DNA of 64,000 nucleotides from Candidatus Dojkabacteria bacterium. GTDB lineage: Bacteria; Patescibacteriota; Dojkabacteria; SC72. Where the stretch lies: the NCBI GenBank assembly GCA_050943415.1, contig JBMNPD010000002.1, positions 5,036-69,035 on the forward strand, written 5' to 3'. The notes below the pieces were generated by a model. That model worked only from the letters and a program-made list of their open reading frames with translations, had not been told where the DNA came from and searched no databases. Below are positions 10,823 through 20,582 of the stretch, one piece after another. Position numbers and translations under genes: made by a program. Numbering within the stretch: position 1 is the stretch's first letter; each line of letters starts with the position of its first letter.

Positions 10823-11878
10823 TTAAACTAATTCGTCCCAAGATTTTTGTACTCTTTGTAACAGGTCAATATGGTCTAACATTAAAGCTGTTCCTCTGGC
10901 TGCAGCGGCAAGTGGATCATCTACTATTTTGACAGGTATATTTAGTTGTTCTGAAAGATATGTATCAATTCCACGAATTAAAGCTCCTCCTCCAGCTAGG
11001 TATACTCCTGATGTAAGTAAATCTTTGAGAAGTTCAGGCGGAGTATCTTCAATGGCATCTTTGACGGATTCTGTAATTATTTCGATTGTATTCATGATTG
11101 CCTCTCTTATCTCAATGCTGTTAATCTCTACTGTTTTTGGTAGTCCTGTAAGTAGATCTCTTCCTTGTACTCCTTGCTTTTTCTCTTTTTTAAGAGGGAT
11201 AGCTGATCCCATTAGTATTTTAATATCTTCAGCACTTCTCTCTCCAATTAGTACGTTATATTTGCTTCGAATATAGTTGATGATATCTTCGTCCATTTCA
11301 TCTCCTGCTATTTTTATTGTTTTATCTACAACAATATCACCAAGGGAAAATACTGCTATGTCGGTTGTACCTCCACCAATATCGATAATCATGCTACCTG
11401 AAGCATCTTCAACAGGTAGTCCTGCCCCTATTGCTCCTGCCATTGATTCTTCAACTATATATGCTTCTCTTGCTCCTGCTGTTTTGACAGCATCTATGAC
11501 AGCTTGTCTTTCTACTTCTGTAACTGAGGAAGTTACTCCAACAATTACTCGTGGTCTTGGTATTTTAAATCCTTTATCAAAATATGTGTGTGCTTTTTTG
11601 ATGAAGTGGGATACCATTGCTTGTGTTGTATCAAAGTCAGAGATAACTCCATCGTGTAATGGTTTAACAGCAACTATATTTGCAGGAGTTCTTCCAATCA
11701 TTTGTCTAGCTTCTTTTCCTACAGCAAGAACTACCTTGGTTCTCTTATCTATTGCAACAACGGATGGTTCAGAGACTACTACTCCATGGTTCCTCATATA
11801 TACCATGGTATTAGCAGTACCTAGGTCTATACCGAAATCGTATGTGACTAGTTCCCAGATTGAATCGAATATACTCAT
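10823..11878 (-). CDS. mreB: rod shape-determining actin homologue MreB
   Basis: FGIDLGTANTMVY...VVAIDK phosphate-1 motif. DIGGGTTDIAV. 351 aa. Confidence 0.9.
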   Translation of the reverse strand: MSIFDSIWELVTYDFGIDLGTANTMVYMRNHGVVVSEPSVVAIDKRTKVVLAVGKEARQMIGRTPANIVAVKPLHDGVISDFDTTQAMVSHFIKKAHTYFDKGFKIPRPRVIVGVTSSVTEVERQAVIDAVKTAGAREAYIVEESMAGAIGAGLPVEDASGSMIIDIGGGTTDIAVFSLGDIVVDKTIKIAGDEMDEDIINYIRSKYNVLIGERSAEDIKILMGSAIPLKKEKKQGVQGRDLLTGLPKTVEINSIEIREAIMNTIEIITESVKDAIEDTPPELLKDLLTSGVYLAGGGALIRGIDTYLSEQLNIPVKIVDDPLAAAARGTALMLDHIDLLQRVQKSWDELV

Positions 11879-12019
11879 GTGTAAAAGACATTACTAATTA
11901 GTTGAGTTATTTTAACATTATTTGAGGAAGAAATGTATATACTTATTTTCAACTTTTTATTACTGTCTATATACAAACAAATAATTTGTTCAGATGTGAA
12001 TAGTTGTAAAAAACTTGTA

Positions 12020-12862
12020 CTACTTATACATAAACGAAATATCCTTTAAGGTAACTCCACTATTCAGATAACTAATCAGAGATGAACCAAGGATACTTTG
12101 CATAGTTGTAGACGTAGCAAGTGAGCATATTTTCTTTACCCTATCATCATTAGAAGTACCTTCTTGAATAATTCCGTTAGCTAGAAAAACATTATCTGCG
12201 AAATTTGCCACAACATATGCTTCATACTCTTTTCTCTCAGGTGGGAGATTAGTTCCAGCTTTATTCTGTAAGATATGTATTAGCTCGTGTAGTATACTCA
12301 TGGAATCAACATTCTCCCTAATCATTTTTTCAGCTTCTCCGACACCTTTCATATCGTCTTCAATCAAAAACATTTCATCTTGATGAGTTACAAATGCTCT
12401 AAGATTAGAAGGAAAATCAACTGGTAATTCTTCTCTTGAAATTCTATTGAAGATTACTCCATTATTAGCAAGGAGACCAATTAGATATGTATAGTAAGAA
12501 TCATATTCATCCTCCTTTTTAATCTGCTCAGGTGGCTTTATCCCATACTTATTAAAGATTTCGACCCTATCCCTAAATAATACATTCATAAGCTGAACAG
12601 GATTCTCATGCATATCTACACCTGTTAGTATTTTTGATAGTTCGTTTGCTGGATCTTTAACTACTTGCTTCTCTTTTTCAACAACTTCTGTATTTGCCGA
12701 TTCTGGAGGTGTTTTTTCTACATCCTGCTTTGCAATATTATTTTCAGACGAATTGTCATCTTCATTAATAATTTCTGGGGAAACTTCATTATCTTTTTCT
12801 GTACCATCAGAACCAAAACTCTCTATCATATGTAGAGAGTAACATAAAAAATTGGAAAACAA
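12020..12862 (-). CDS. hypothetical protein with HExxH motif (possible zincin-like peptidase), acidic N-terminal half
   Basis: LHELIHILQNK carries an HExxH motif. No other family signature. N-terminal region is D/E/N-rich low complexity. Confidence 0.45.
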   Translation of the reverse strand: MFSNFLCYSLHMIESFGSDGTEKDNEVSPEIINEDDNSSENNIAKQDVEKTPPESANTEVVEKEKQVVKDPANELSKILTGVDMHENPVQLMNVLFRDRVEIFNKYGIKPPEQIKKEDEYDSYYTYLIGLLANNGVIFNRISREELPVDFPSNLRAFVTHQDEMFLIEDDMKGVGEAEKMIRENVDSMSILHELIHILQNKAGTNLPPERKEYEAYVVANFADNVFLANGIIQEGTSNDDRVKKICSLATSTTMQSILGSSLISYLNSGVTLKDISFMYK

Positions 12863-12870
12863 AACGAGGT

Positions 12871-13083
12871 TTACTCTTGTTCTTTTCTAAGCTTCTTGTA
12901 GCACTTCATACAAGCAACTATCTTGGTCTTAATACCATCTATTTCCACTTCTATATTTCTTAGATTTGGTTTAAAAGCTCTTTTTGTTTTAGGAGCTTTG
13001 TATCTCCATCCTGTAGAGTGTTTGTGTTGGATTCTATTTCCAAACACAGTAGATTTTGCACATAATTCACATGTCTTTGCCAT
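12871..13083 (-). CDS. rpmB: 50S ribosomal protein L28
   Basis: MAKTCELCAKSTVFGNRIQHKH...KRAFKPNL matches the L28 pattern (C..C/GK..GN..SH...R.F.PNL). Confidence 0.85.
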   Translation of the reverse strand: MAKTCELCAKSTVFGNRIQHKHSTGWRYKAPKTKRAFKPNLRNIEVEIDGIKTKIVACMKCYKKLRKEQE

Positions 13084-13181
13084 AATGGGGAGAATTATAT
13101 ATTAAAAAATGTATAGAAGCAAGGTAAATATTAAATATATGAACTAAGTTGCCCTGTAATAATAATTAGTATAGATATTAG

Positions 13182-14309
13182 TTAGTTTCTATTTCTTAAC
13201 TCCTCTATTTCCTTTTCTCTCTTTTCGTTCTCTTGCGAATAATAGTCATGTGCTTTTTTAAAATTAAAGGGCCTTCCATACATATTAAAACCTTTTTTCA
13301 CTTCAGAAAGTAATATCTTCCGTAATTCACCACTTAGTGGAATTCCGTAATCTGAGAATCTTTGTAAAATAGTATTAAGATTTTCAAATTTATTTTCTAA
13401 AGTTAAATACAAATTTTCTTTCAAACGACGTATTTCTGCTTTGTTTGATTCTAACATTTCTGACTTTATCTTTAATAAACCTCCTTCAACTATCCACGTA
13501 TTTCCACGAGTCTCTTGATCATCTTTATAGTTCCTCCAACACTCTTTCAAATATTCATATATATCTTCTTCCTTTTCTTGCCTTTTTTGATAATTCTTTA
13601 AGTCGATTATGTATTCCATAACAATCGACTTATCAGAATACTCTCTCGCATTATAAGATAATCTGACTTGTATATCAGCCCTAAATTCATCTGGTGTACC
13701 TATCAAACCTTTTTCTAAGAAATAAGAATGACGGTATCTAGAACCTAAACCAATTAAATCTTCTTCACGGAAGAACTGTCTATTAAATCTATTTCTAGAG
13801 ATTCTTTGAAGTGCTAAACCTCTACATCTTTCTATTTGACTTTTTTGTTTTTCAAATTGCTCCTCATCGTTTTTTTCATCATTTTTATCCAAACGCCATA
13901 ACTCTTCTGAGAAAAAATTAGCTGCTAAAATATCCAAAACATAATCCCTATATTGTACTTTATAGCTTTTTTCTTCATCATCCTCTGTTGTTTCTGTTAC
14001 ACTATTGATTATGTCAGATGCATGATTAATATATACATCCCAACTTTCATCACCTTCTTCATAAACATACCAATTTTCATAATCTTTGTCTTCTGAAGAA
14101 AGGAAACCAAATTGCACAACTCCAAGTCCGCCTAATACATTACTACCTTCTTTTAAATTTCTTAAATAGGACATAGCAACTTTTGCAAATAATTCTTTAT
14201 CTGCTAAAAGTTCTTCATCTGTTTTCTCACTTGCAATAGCTATTACTTCTTCAACTCCTATATAGCTATCAACTTCTTGAGAGTTACAACCAATTTTTCT
14301 TTCTATCAT
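13182..14309 (-). CDS. hypothetical protein (375 aa, highly charged, coiled-coil rich)
   Basis: Clean long ORF. No recognisable catalytic motif. Confidence 0.5.
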   Translation of the reverse strand: MIERKIGCNSQEVDSYIGVEEVIAIASEKTDEELLADKELFAKVAMSYLRNLKEGSNVLGGLGVVQFGFLSSEDKDYENWYVYEEGDESWDVYINHASDIINSVTETTEDDEEKSYKVQYRDYVLDILAANFFSEELWRLDKNDEKNDEEQFEKQKSQIERCRGLALQRISRNRFNRQFFREEDLIGLGSRYRHSYFLEKGLIGTPDEFRADIQVRLSYNAREYSDKSIVMEYIIDLKNYQKRQEKEEDIYEYLKECWRNYKDDQETRGNTWIVEGGLLKIKSEMLESNKAEIRRLKENLYLTLENKFENLNTILQRFSDYGIPLSGELRKILLSEVKKGFNMYGRPFNFKKAHDYYSQENEKREKEIEELRNRN

Positions 14310-14477
14310 AGCTTTTTAATTTTTAAATTTATTGGGCGATTATATCCTATAGGTATTTATTTAGCAATATTATGTATTGGATAGAAAAGTATTACTGAAA
14401 AGGAAATAAATATATACTTTCTTCTAAACTTAACTCGGTCGAATTCGACTGAATTAAATCCTTTGTAACACATACTA

Positions 14478-14510
14478 CATACAAAAACCCCTCGAATTCG
14501 AGGGGTTATA
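14478..14510 (-). terminator. rho-independent terminator after the murD-murC-murE operon
   Basis: Perfect palindrome CCCCTCGAATTCGAGGGG (14488..14505) immediately after the murE stop. On the minus strand it is followed by TTTTTGT. A second TCGAATTCGA palindrome lies about 50 nt further on. Confidence 0.7.
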
Positions 14511-16094
14511 TTACAGGCTCTCCTGCACAATCAACTTCCTAACCTCATCTATATCATTCCAATCATACTCTACATTCCCAAAACAAAGAGAACTCTCATG
14601 AGATTTACCAGTAATAATAACAACATCATTCTCTTTAGCTAACTCAAAAGCTTTCAATATAGCATCTCTTCTAACCTGTACATTTATAGTATCATCATCA
14701 AACCGAAATATCTCAGCCTCTTTGTTACCACCCTCTCTCCACCCCCTCTCTATCTCATCATTAATATCTTTCAAACTCTCAAATCTAGGATCTTCTGCTG
14801 TAAGAATTGAAATATCCGCATACTCATTAGATGTCTTACCCATATTAAACCTCTTCCCAGGATCTCTCTGCCCTGCACAACCAAAGACATGAATTAATTT
14901 AGAACCATCTTTTAGAAGTTTCTTAGCTGCCTTTAAAGCATTTAAAGTTGAATTAGAAGTATGTGCAAAATCTACAATCACAACAAAAGGTTTCTGTTGA
15001 AGAACCTCCATTCTCCCAGCAACAGGCTGAAAAGTAGCTATACTCTTTACCAAATCTTCTAATGCAACACCCTCATTAGAACAAATAGAGAGAGCACAAA
15101 GGAAATTACTTACATTAAACAACCCAATTAGAGGAAGTGTACACTCTAAACCATTTACCTTTAGAGTTATGCTACTCTCATTCTCAACAATATCTGTAGC
15201 ACAGAAGTCCGCCTCCTTAGTTATACTGTATGAAGAATAGCCTTTTGTTATGCTTTTCAACTTCTCAAAAGAATCATCATCTTCATTTAATGTAACTTTG
15301 CCATTCTCTTTTAAATGATCCGTTATTAACAAAGCCTTAGATTGAAAGTATTTCTCTAATGTTTTGTGATAGTCTAGATGCTCTGTAGTAATATTGGTAT
15401 ATCCAACATTATCAAACTTAATACCTGCCAACCTACCCTGCTCTAGACCATGCGAAGTTGACTCAATGATAATATGGGTACACTCATTCTCCTCTGCCTT
15501 CTTTATCAATTCAAAAAGATTCTGTGCAGTAGGAGTTGTAGTATGGAAACCTGTATCTATCTGCTCGTCACCTATGTATGCAGCTACTGTTGTAATCAAT
15601 GCAGGTTTAAAACCATTCTCTTTTAACATATGGTATATCATTGTTGATGTTGTAGTCTTACCATCTGTACCTGTCACAGAGATATACCTCATCTTCTCAA
15701 GGTCAATGTTAAACAATGGAGCTATATTTGACTTCAAAAAAGCCTCTTTCTCTTTTTCATTAAGTAAATTGTTCTCATAATCTTTAACTAATTTGTGATA
15801 GAACTCACCTACCTCAAATTTTGGTAATGTTGGATTAGCTTTAGTCACCTTATCCAAGATAGCCGAAGGAATATTTGAGGAAAAAATGTAAAAATCTGTA
15901 TCAAAAACCTCCTCTTCTGGATTTCTGTAGTTTATCTTTACTCCCAAATCCTCTAACTCTTTTGTCCTCTCACCCTCTTTTACATCAAAACCCTCTACAT
16001 GAACACCTAATGCAACTAAGAATTTAGCTAAATAATATGCACCTTCTCCACCGATTCCTAAAACAGTAGCGTTCTTCATTTCTGAATATTTCAT
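14511..16094 (-). CDS. murE: UDP-N-acetylmuramoyl-tripeptide synthetase MurE-like Mur ligase with an extra N-terminal Rossmann-like (GxGxxG) segment
   Basis: VTGTDGKTTTSTMI P-loop. MurE-type middle domain (ESTSHGLEQGRLAGIKFDNVGYTNITTEHLDYHKT). C-terminal domain (IVDFAHTSNS...VFGCAGQRDPGKR). The first ~60 aa (ATVLGIGGEGAYYLAKFL) resemble a MurC/D N-terminal domain. Confidence 0.7.
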   Translation of the reverse strand: MKYSEMKNATVLGIGGEGAYYLAKFLVALGVHVEGFDVKEGERTKELEDLGVKINYRNPEEEVFDTDFYIFSSNIPSAILDKVTKANPTLPKFEVGEFYHKLVKDYENNLLNEKEKEAFLKSNIAPLFNIDLEKMRYISVTGTDGKTTTSTMIYHMLKENGFKPALITTVAAYIGDEQIDTGFHTTTPTAQNLFELIKKAEENECTHIIIESTSHGLEQGRLAGIKFDNVGYTNITTEHLDYHKTLEKYFQSKALLITDHLKENGKVTLNEDDDSFEKLKSITKGYSSYSITKEADFCATDIVENESSITLKVNGLECTLPLIGLFNVSNFLCALSICSNEGVALEDLVKSIATFQPVAGRMEVLQQKPFVVIVDFAHTSNSTLNALKAAKKLLKDGSKLIHVFGCAGQRDPGKRFNMGKTSNEYADISILTAEDPRFESLKDINDEIERGWREGGNKEAEIFRFDDDTINVQVRRDAILKAFELAKENDVVIITGKSHESSLCFGNVEYDWNDIDEVRKLIVQESL

Positions 16095-17413
16095 TTTGAT
16101 ATATTGATAAAATTAAGAATTTTCTTTAAATCTCCAGCACTAGCCAATATACCCACCCAGGTATCGTCAAAACCCTCTACGTCAATCATTTTAGCAGTCT
16201 CTTCAAAAGAGTGAGTGTTCAATATCTCCTTCTCAGGATTCTTCTTTTGCAAAATATCAACAAATTCATCAACCGTTATTAACTTCCTCTCCTCTTCTGT
16301 TTCCCTTGCAGGAGAAAAGATATTTGGTATATACAGAACATCTAAATCAGATATACTCTCTGCAAATTGATTTTTAAAAGAGTATGTCCTCTCATGGCTA
16401 TGTGGTTGCCATACTAACAAAATCTTCTTCTCTGGAAAACAACTTTTAACTCCATTTAAGCAGGATGCTATTTTCTTTGGATTATGGGCATAATCTAGAT
16501 ACAAAGACATACCATTTTTAGTTCTACCTAGCAATTCCATTCTAGATGCAACACCAGGGAAGTCACTAATATCTACGTTAAAACCAAGAATTTTACCAAC
16601 ACATAACGCTCTAAGAACATTCTCCTTGTTATACTCCCCCATTAAATTACAATTCACACTTGCACACTCTTCTCTAAATTCTCCACAATCCATTATCTTT
16701 GCATCACTCTTAACATTCTTCAGTACATCTTCAGCATTAGAACCACCTCTATCTATAACTATTGTATTAACTGTATTGGAAAGGAATTCAGAGAAAGCAC
16801 TGCTGTAGTCATTTTGGTCTTTGTAATAATCCGTATGATCTAGTTCAATATTTGTAACTACAGAGATATATGGAGCTGGAGCTCTATCTAGAAATTGTCT
16901 TCTGTATTCACACGCTTCAATAACAAGATATTCAGATTCTTCATTGTAGTTCCAAGATTTGTTAATACCTAAAATACTGTCTCCAATTATGAAGTTTGGT
17001 AAATATCCAAAAGCTTTGTACAAAGCCCATGTTGTTAGTGCAGATGTTGTAGTCTTACCATGTGTTCCAGCAATCGCTATAACCTTAAAATCTTTCCCTA
17101 TCTCTCCTACTAGCTTTGGCAGAATTATGGACTTAAGACCCTTTCTCTCTGTTTCCTCATACTCTGGATTGCCAGGTATTGGACCATTAGGATAGACAAC
17201 TAAATCGATATCATCTGTAATATACCTACTATCATGTCCTCCCTCGTACAAAACTCCTCTCTTTATCCACTCTTTCGCACTTTTGGATTCTTGATTGAAT
17301 TCAGATGCTGTAACTTTTACTCCTTTGTTAATGAGGTAGTTTGCACAGAAACTACTAAAGCCAGACGCTATTCCTATGAAGTGTACTTTTTTAAGTTTAC
17401 TAATATCTATCAT
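16091..17413 (-). CDS. murC: UDP-N-acetylmuramate--L-alanine ligase
   Basis: KVHFIGIASGFSSFCANYL, IAIAGTHGKTTTSAL, YLVIEACEYRRQF and VVTNIELDHTDYY all parallel E. coli MurC. It shares 4-nt overlaps with both neighbouring genes. Confidence 0.85.
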   Translation of the reverse strand: MIDISKLKKVHFIGIASGFSSFCANYLINKGVKVTASEFNQESKSAKEWIKRGVLYEGGHDSRYITDDIDLVVYPNGPIPGNPEYEETERKGLKSIILPKLVGEIGKDFKVIAIAGTHGKTTTSALTTWALYKAFGYLPNFIIGDSILGINKSWNYNEESEYLVIEACEYRRQFLDRAPAPYISVVTNIELDHTDYYKDQNDYSSAFSEFLSNTVNTIVIDRGGSNAEDVLKNVKSDAKIMDCGEFREECASVNCNLMGEYNKENVLRALCVGKILGFNVDISDFPGVASRMELLGRTKNGMSLYLDYAHNPKKIASCLNGVKSCFPEKKILLVWQPHSHERTYSFKNQFAESISDLDVLYIPNIFSPARETEEERKLITVDEFVDILQKKNPEKEILNTHSFEETAKMIDVEGFDDTWVGILASAGDLKKILNFINISK

Positions 17414-18786
17414 TTTAATGAATTAACATAGTTTACATATTTCGCACCTCTATCAAATTCATTAAGGAACATATTAAAGCTGGTTGCACCTGGGCAGAGA
17501 ATTACCATATCTCCACTAGTAGCAAGTTCTAGTGCTTTGTCTACTGCTCCCTCAAGAGTTCCGTAGTATTTATGTACATAATCCTGTCCATTCATTAAGT
17601 CTGCAATCTTTTCAGAAGCTGTTCCCTCAAAAAGAACAAGTGCTTTTAATTGTTTTTTCATTTTTTCAACAACTTTGCTGTACTCTAAACCTTTATCCAT
17701 ACCTCCAGCTATCATCACTATCTTCCCACTTTGATCTTTAAATCTATCTAGCATGGCTACCATAGCTTCAACAGAAGTTGCAGTAGTATCGTTGTAGAAC
17801 TTAATACCTCTAATCTCTCTAACAAATTGTTGTCTGCCTTCAACTCCTTGGAAGTCTTTTAGAACAGCCATTATATCTGATACCTCTACTCCTAATTTTC
17901 TAGCAACAGCAACAGCTCCAAGAATATTGTAATGGTTATGTGTTCCTTGTAAAGGAATATGTTTAATATTCAGAAGCTTCTCTCCTTTCTCATATATGTC
18001 TAGGTTGGCATCCATATAGTACTCAGATTCACTGTTCTGTAAAGAGAATCGTATACCCTCGTGGGTATATCCATCTAGGGATGTAGAGGCTCTTTCATTA
18101 TCTAAATTAACAACAAGAACCCCATCTTTGTCTTGATATTTACATATGTTCTTCTTAGCCTCTATATATTCATCTAGATTTCCATGCCAATCTAGATGAT
18201 CTTCGTAGATATTTGTAACAACAGCAATATCTGGAGATTGTTTATTCTCTTCCATTGCATCTAGCTGGAAGCTTGAGAGTTCCAAAACTGCAATATCATC
18301 TTTGGTTAGTCTTGGAAGTTCCCTAATTACACTTTTTCCAATGTTACCTCCTAACAAGACCTTTTCTCCATACTTCTTTTTCAGAAATTCATATATTAAG
18401 GTACTAGTAGTCGATTTACCCTTTGTTCCTGTAATTCCTACTATCTTACAAGGAGCTAGTCTATGGAAAAGACTCATCTCCATCTCTATTCTCTTTCCCC
18501 CGTCTCTAGCTATTTGTAGGTACTTGTTGTTTGGTTTAATTGCAGGATTACGAACTACGATGTCATTGGATATGAAATCTGATTCTGTATGACCTCCTAG
18601 ATGAAGAGTTATCCTGTCTTTGTACTTCTCCAACTTTTCAAGTGTAGGCTTTAGTTCCTCCTTACTTTTACCATCAGTGATTGTAACGATAGCTCCTTGT
18701 TCTAAGAAGAACTCTGTCATTCCAAGGCCACCATCATTTAGACCGAGACCAAATATTAGCACTTTCTTACCTTTAAAGTCTTCCAT
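17410..18786 (-). CDS. murD: UDP-N-acetylmuramoylalanine--D-glutamate ligase
   Basis: KVLIFGLGLNDGGLGMTEFF Rossmann start. VGITGTKGKSTTSTLIYEFL P-loop. 458 aa. Confidence 0.8.
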   Translation of the reverse strand: MEDFKGKKVLIFGLGLNDGGLGMTEFFLEQGAIVTITDGKSKEELKPTLEKLEKYKDRITLHLGGHTESDFISNDIVVRNPAIKPNNKYLQIARDGGKRIEMEMSLFHRLAPCKIVGITGTKGKSTTSTLIYEFLKKKYGEKVLLGGNIGKSVIRELPRLTKDDIAVLELSSFQLDAMEENKQSPDIAVVTNIYEDHLDWHGNLDEYIEAKKNICKYQDKDGVLVVNLDNERASTSLDGYTHEGIRFSLQNSESEYYMDANLDIYEKGEKLLNIKHIPLQGTHNHYNILGAVAVARKLGVEVSDIMAVLKDFQGVEGRQQFVREIRGIKFYNDTTATSVEAMVAMLDRFKDQSGKIVMIAGGMDKGLEYSKVVEKMKKQLKALVLFEGTASEKIADLMNGQDYVHKYYGTLEGAVDKALELATSGDMVILCPGATSFNMFLNEFDRGAKYVNYVNSLK

Positions 18787-18861
18787 ATTTTTACCAAATA
18801 TATACTAGTTAAACGCTACCCCCTGATACCTCAGGGGGTATGCAGGACGGCCTGGCAACAA

Positions 18862-19590
18862 CTACTTCTTTGACTTCTGGAGTTTCTTCTCTATCTCTCC
18901 TTTGCTTAATTTCTTTGTACAGAAGAACCAGTCATAGCACTTCATTGTTCTCTTGTCTTCCATTCTAGCCTTTGCTACACCACAAGAACCTGCAGTAGGA
19001 ACAATAACATCATCTCCTGGTCTCCAATCAGCTGGGGTTGCAACTCCGAATTCATCAGCTGTCTGCAATGCTTCCAAAACTCTTAGAATCTCATCAAAGT
19101 TTCTACCAGTACTTATTGGATAGTAGAGAATCGTTCGAATAATACCCTTTGGATCGATTATAAACACAGCTCTAACAGCTTTTGTACTACTCTCTCCGTC
19201 CTGTATCATTCCATACTTCTTAGCTACCTCCATTGTAATATCCTCTATTAGTGGGAATTTAACCTCAATATCCTTCATCCCTTTGTACTCTATCTTCTCC
19301 TTAATGGTTCGTAGCCAAGCAATATGACTGTACAAACCATCTACAGAAAGACCTACTAGCTTACAATTCAACTTCTCAAACTCTTTCTCAAGAGAGGCAA
19401 ATGTCATAAACTCAGAGGTACAAACAGGAGTAAAATCTGCAGGATGACTAAAAAGAATTACCCAACTACCTTTGTACTGCTCTGGAAATTTAATATCTCC
19501 CTGAGTTGTAACAGCCTTAAAAGAAGGTGCCTTATCCCCTATCCTCGGCATACTAAACTCTTGAGCCACATCCTTTACTTGCTCTTCCAT
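18862..19590 (-). CDS. peroxiredoxin (1-Cys Prx6-like, AhpC/TSA family)
   Basis: DFTPVCTSEF peroxidatic Cys motif. Thioredoxin fold. Short Cys-containing C-terminal tail. A palindrome CCCCCTGA/TCAGGGGG sits in the downstream intergenic region. Confidence 0.85.
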   Translation of the reverse strand: MEEQVKDVAQEFSMPRIGDKAPSFKAVTTQGDIKFPEQYKGSWVILFSHPADFTPVCTSEFMTFASLEKEFEKLNCKLVGLSVDGLYSHIAWLRTIKEKIEYKGMKDIEVKFPLIEDITMEVAKKYGMIQDGESSTKAVRAVFIIDPKGIIRTILYYPISTGRNFDEILRVLEALQTADEFGVATPADWRPGDDVIVPTAGSCGVAKARMEDKRTMKCYDWFFCTKKLSKGEIEKKLQKSKK

Positions 19591-19657
19591 AATTATCTAA
19601 AACTAAATTTAACTACACTCTATTGTAGCATACTGGGGCAGGCCTAGGCCTGCCCCA

Positions 19658-20296
19658 GTGAGATGGTGTATACTTTTAGCTATGACATTAGATACAACAT
19701 GGATAATATTTGCACTACCATCAATAATTATCGCTTCTGGCGTCCATGAATTTGCTCATGCTTTTGCAGCTTTCAAGCTTGGCGATGCAACTGCTAAAGC
19801 AAATGGTAGAATGACAATAAATCCACTTGCACATATAGATCTTCTTGGAGTATTAAGTATGATATTTTTCAGATTTGGGTGGAGCAAACCTGTTCCAATA
19901 AATGAATATAACTTTGCAAACAGAAGACTTGGAACAGCACTAACAGCATTAGCAGGACCGTTTTCTAATCTCCTACTTCTACTTCTAGCAGCATTACTAA
20001 ACTGTATTTTTAAACCTGAACTTGGTTCAATGCTTCAACTTTTCCTTTTGATATTTGCAATTGTGAATTGTGCACTTGCTGTTTTTAACTTAATCCCCAT
20101 TCCACCACTAGATGGGCATAAGATTGTAAGAGGGCTTCTTCCAAAAAAACCAAGTTACTACTGGGATGATTTGGAGAATTATTCTGTAATATTGATTGTT
20201 TTACTAGTTATACCTGTCTTTCCATTTGGTTCTATAGCTTCGTTAATAATATCAACAGCTGTTAATGGAATCATTGATATACTAGGCTTTTATTAA
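19658..20296 (+). CDS. M50-family (site-2 protease-like) membrane metallopeptidase
   Basis: HEFAHAFAAFKLGD HExxH lies within a TM helix. Multiple TM segments. A downstream LDG motif is present. The start may really be the internal Met at 19679, because a GGGGCAGGCCTAGGCCTGCCCC hairpin overlaps the first codons. Confidence 0.75.
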   Translation: MRWCILLAMTLDTTWIIFALPSIIIASGVHEFAHAFAAFKLGDATAKANGRMTINPLAHIDLLGVLSMIFFRFGWSKPVPINEYNFANRRLGTALTALAGPFSNLLLLLLAALLNCIFKPELGSMLQLFLLIFAIVNCALAVFNLIPIPPLDGHKIVRGLLPKKPSYYWDDLENYSVILIVLLVIPVFPFGSIASLIISTAVNGIIDILGFY

Positions 20297-20344
20297 AGAC
20301 ACACTATCAGCCTAATTATATTTGTTTTGATTTTGCACCCATTA

Positions 20345-20500
20345 TATAATTAATTGCTCTAGAGGGAACTATGGCGGTTTCATAGCTCGTTACAGTAGAG
20401 CTTGGGATCCCAAACAAAATCGCTCAGTCCCGTGGGATTGAGTTGAGGGAACCCACTTAGTTTTCAGAGCTCTATGATTCTGCCCCCTCTCGGAGCGTTT
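20345..20500 (+). ncRNA. candidate structured ncRNA (GC-rich island, identity unknown)
   Basis: About 150 nt at roughly 50% GC in a ~33% GC genome. 5' GCTCTAGAGGG can pair with 3' CCCTCTCGGAGC to close a domain. Internal hairpins: CTATGG/CCATAG-like, GCTC/GAGC, TTGGGATCCCAA, TCCCGTGGGA. No ORF other than a weak 61-aa one. Confidence 0.3.
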
Positions 20501-20582
20501 GTTCCACTAGTCATCCATATTATCTCTCAGACAAACATATTAAAATTGATAATCTTTACCCTTTTTAATATAATACGACACT

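Noticed and set aside
11277-11897. 206-aa plus-strand ORF (and 10929..11276) antisense to mreB
   Set aside because: It lies entirely inside the well-supported mreB gene on the opposite strand. It has low-complexity S/T/P-rich translation typical of antisense frames in AT-rich DNA.
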